From a virus: a DNA stretch of 32,000 bases. The notes below the pieces were generated by a model. The model was not told where the DNA came from and made no database searches. It saw only the letters and a list, made by a program, of their open reading frames with translations. The position numbers and the translations under genes are program-made. The stretch's first letter is position 1. Every line of letters starts with the position of its first letter. The stretch covers positions 8,657-40,656 of IMG/VR virus record IMGVR_UViG_3300045988_126465. The stretch is one strand, 5' to 3'. Below, one piece after another: positions 30,199-32,000 of the stretch.

Positions 30199-30672
30199 AT
30201 GCATAAAGCAATGGAAGTTAATGAAAAGATAATGCATGAGTCAGTAAACATGTTAGAGAAATATGGATATGCAGAATCTTATTTCCATGCATTATCTCAA
30301 GCTTTAGATAATATCAAAGACATTGAAACGATAGAAGCAATGAGAAATAAATATCAAATTGAGATAGGAAAAGATGGAGTTTCAACTGTTGCAAGATTAA
30401 AAGAAGATAATGATGGATATAATATTCATGATCCAGAAACAGAAGATATTGTTTATAAACTTGCAGAACATTTGAAAAAATATAAAGCGTTCAAAGAAGA
30501 ATATAAGCGTACAAAAGGTGAGATGGATTTAGAAAAGTCTCATCGTGAATTAGATAAGACTATGAAATGTATGCAACAAATCGTAACTATGATTCATGAA
30601 TGCGTTGATTCAGATGAAGAAAAAACAATGATTAAGACACATATACGAGACATGTTTAATATGTATCAATAA
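30199..30672 (+). CDS. acidic helical hypothetical protein
   Basis: The ATG at 30199 lies 5 nt after AGGTGA, in frame with the track ORF at 30190. Confidence 0.55.
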   Translation: MHKAMEVNEKIMHESVNMLEKYGYAESYFHALSQALDNIKDIETIEAMRNKYQIEIGKDGVSTVARLKEDNDGYNIHDPETEDIVYKLAEHLKKYKAFKEEYKRTKGEMDLEKSHRELDKTMKCMQQIVTMIHECVDSDEEKTMIKTHIRDMFNMYQ

Positions 30673-30698
30673 GGCCGTTAAATACGGTCTTTTATTTT
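30672..30698 (+). terminator. intrinsic terminator
   Basis: AGGCCGT-taaat-ACGGTCT (one G-U pair) followed by TTTTATTTT. Confidence 0.6.
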
Positions 30699-30751
30699 GT
30701 ACAGTGTATAAACGATTTAAATATTATTATTAGGATAGGAGGTATTTGTAA

Positions 30752-30976
30752 ATGAAAAAATATAGTAAAGAATGGTGGATTCAATATGGCTATTATGCAA
30801 GTATCAGAGCATTAAAGACAATTGCTCAAACTGCTGTTGGTGTTATTGGAGCATCTGCATTGTTGGAAGCCGTTGATTGGCGAGTTGTAATTTCATCAGC
30901 GTTTTTGTCAGGCATCGTTTCGTTATTGACTAGTATTGGCGGATTACCTGAAATTAGTGTACCGGAGGAAGAGTAA
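30752..30976 (+). CDS. holin
   Basis: 74 aa immediately upstream of the endolysin gene, with a GGAGG RBS. The motif RALKTIAQTAVGVIGA is followed by a second TM helix (VISSAFLSGIVSLLTSIG), typical of small Firmicute phage holins. Confidence 0.75.
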   Translation: MKKYSKEWWIQYGYYASIRALKTIAQTAVGVIGASALLEAVDWRVVISSAFLSGIVSLLTSIGGLPEISVPEEE

Positions 30977-31738
30977 ATGAATTATAATGATTTTAAAGAA
31001 AAAGTAATGGGTAAAGCCTATGACATTGATGGCTATTACGGCGCTCAATGTTGGGATGGAGCTATGAAGTACATGATTGATTTGGGGTACAAAGCAATCC
31101 ATTGTACGACAAGCACATATGTTAAGGATATTTGGAATAACCGTAAAACAAATGGTATCTTGAACTATTGTAACGAAGTCTCAATTATGCAACCTGGTGA
31201 CATTGCAGTATTCAAGGAAGTAGCAGGATGGACACCGTATTCACACATTGCAATTTTCGATTCAGACATTGATGGTAAGTTCGGTTGGTTTTTAGGTCAG
31301 AACCAAGGGGGTAAGAATGGAGCGTTTACACTTTGTAAATTGCCTTATTATGCAACATTTGATACCGCGTTCAGACCTAAATGTTTCGCAAATACAGGAG
31401 CAGCTAAACCGAGTATTCCACAACATGCAGAAGCGATTGACCAAATCTTGCATGCAGGTAGTTATGTGACATCAGTTCAAATGAAAATTGGAGATGAAGG
31501 TTTGAAACGAATCAATGGTGATTTGTGTGCTTATCTAGCTCAATTAGGTGGTTGGTTCCCAATCAGCTTAGTTGACAAGGTACGCAATTCAGACGGATAC
31601 AATGATAACGTATTGCATACCACAAATGCGATTGTCTACGTTACTAGAATTCGTGTTGATGAAGTCAATGTGAAAAAGGATCTCGCAAAGATTGGCGGAG
31701 TTTGGGTAAACTGTGGCCCATTGATTGAGATTCAATAA
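30977..31738 (+). CDS. endolysin, N-terminal CHAP amidase/peptidase plus C-terminal SH3b-like wall-binding domain
   Basis: DGYYGAQCWDG holds the catalytic Cys and YSHIAIF the catalytic His. TAAATG coupling to the holin gene. Confidence 0.88.
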   Translation: MNYNDFKEKVMGKAYDIDGYYGAQCWDGAMKYMIDLGYKAIHCTTSTYVKDIWNNRKTNGILNYCNEVSIMQPGDIAVFKEVAGWTPYSHIAIFDSDIDGKFGWFLGQNQGGKNGAFTLCKLPYYATFDTAFRPKCFANTGAAKPSIPQHAEAIDQILHAGSYVTSVQMKIGDEGLKRINGDLCAYLAQLGGWFPISLVDKVRNSDGYNDNVLHTTNAIVYVTRIRVDEVNVKKDLAKIGGVWVNCGPLIEIQ

Positions 31739-31765
31739 AAAAATAAATAAAAAATAAAAAAACGT

Positions 31766-31794
31766 TTGACATAATATGGTTTATACTGTATTAT
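31766..31794 (+). promoter_or_regulatory. near-consensus sigma-A promoter upstream of tRNA
   Basis: TTGACA (31766-31771), a 17-nt spacer, then TATTAT (31789-31794). Confidence 0.5.
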
Positions 31795-31946
31795 CTTTCT
31801 TGCGTGAAGCAGTGAGGTACATTTTGGGGTACAAAACAACAAAGTGCTATCAAAACACGTAGATAATGATGTAAATAACATCAAATATCAATATATATGA
31901 GGTATTTATATAATCCCCTCATCTGCTCCATTTAAAATTAAATATT

Positions 31947-32000
31947 GGTCCAGTGGTGTAGTGGTTAACATGCCTCCCTGTCACGGAGGAGATCGTGGGT
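31947..32000 (+). tRNA. tRNA-Asp (anticodon GTC), truncated at window end
   Basis: My manual cloverleaf: acceptor GGTCCAG, D-arm GTGT/ACAT, anticodon stem CCTCC/GGAGG with loop CTGTCAC, and the start of the T-arm GTGGG. Confidence 0.85.

Noticed and set aside
31947-32000. tRNA-Asp as the prophage attachment site
   Set aside because: Integration into tRNA genes normally duplicates the 3' end of the tRNA, with the prophage lying downstream of it and the integrase adjacent. Here the phage DNA lies upstream of the tRNA 5' end, a dedicated promoter lies in between, and no integrase is present in the window.
1-32000. CRISPR arrays, integrase/recombinase or transposase genes, rRNA, diversity-generating retroelement, toxin-antitoxin type II pairs
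   Set aside because: I looked for regularly spaced direct repeats, large recombinase or reverse-transcriptase ORFs, and adjacent small toxin/antitoxin gene pairs. None is evident in the sequence or in the ORF track.

Overview
The window is AT-rich with about 90% coding density, and it reads as most of a siphovirus-type phage or prophage genome from a low-GC Firmicute. TGA acts as a stop codon and Shine-Dalgarno sites of the GGAGG type are strong.

Layout:
- 1-2233: small early-type genes on the + strand, including a RinA/ArpU-like regulator with a sigma region-4-like C-terminus.
- 2237-7837: an accessory (moron) zone of mixed orientation. It holds a lipoprotein, a polytopic membrane protein, two tandem paralogs, an HExxH protein, and a minus-strand operon led by a clear ArdA antirestriction gene.
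- 7984-8190: a small HTH gene.
- ~8207-8953: an ORF-poor, GC-enriched, hairpin-dense gap of about 750 nt, bracketed by intrinsic terminators.
- 9011-27397: a classical HK97-like late module. It runs HNH, TerS, TerL, portal, prohead protease, major capsid, connectors, major tail, frameshifted chaperone, tape measure, Dit, Tal, BppU-like proteins, then a beta-helix receptor-binding protein.
- 27481-30672: three short, terminator-delimited units of unusual small proteins. They include a membrane coiled-coil protein, a region-4-only sigma-like HTH, Q/N/M-rich proteins, a Gly/Cys-rich membrane protein and a TNF/C1q-like jelly-roll protein.
- 30752-31738: holin and CHAP endolysin.
- 31947 onward: a promoter-driven tRNA-Asp, truncated by the window edge.

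No integrase, CRISPR array or rRNA is visible.

Most interesting signals:
- the large structured non-coding region upstream of the packaging genes;
- a duplicated two-hairpin element with a compensatory base-pair change;
- a frame-independent array of 21 AAGTTT motifs;
- a probable -1 frameshift extension of the major capsid protein on an A10 run;
- the uncharacterised genes co-transcribed with ArdA;
- the Cys/Q/N-rich operon upstream of the lysis cassette.

All protein family calls rest on motif recognition by eye, not on searches.
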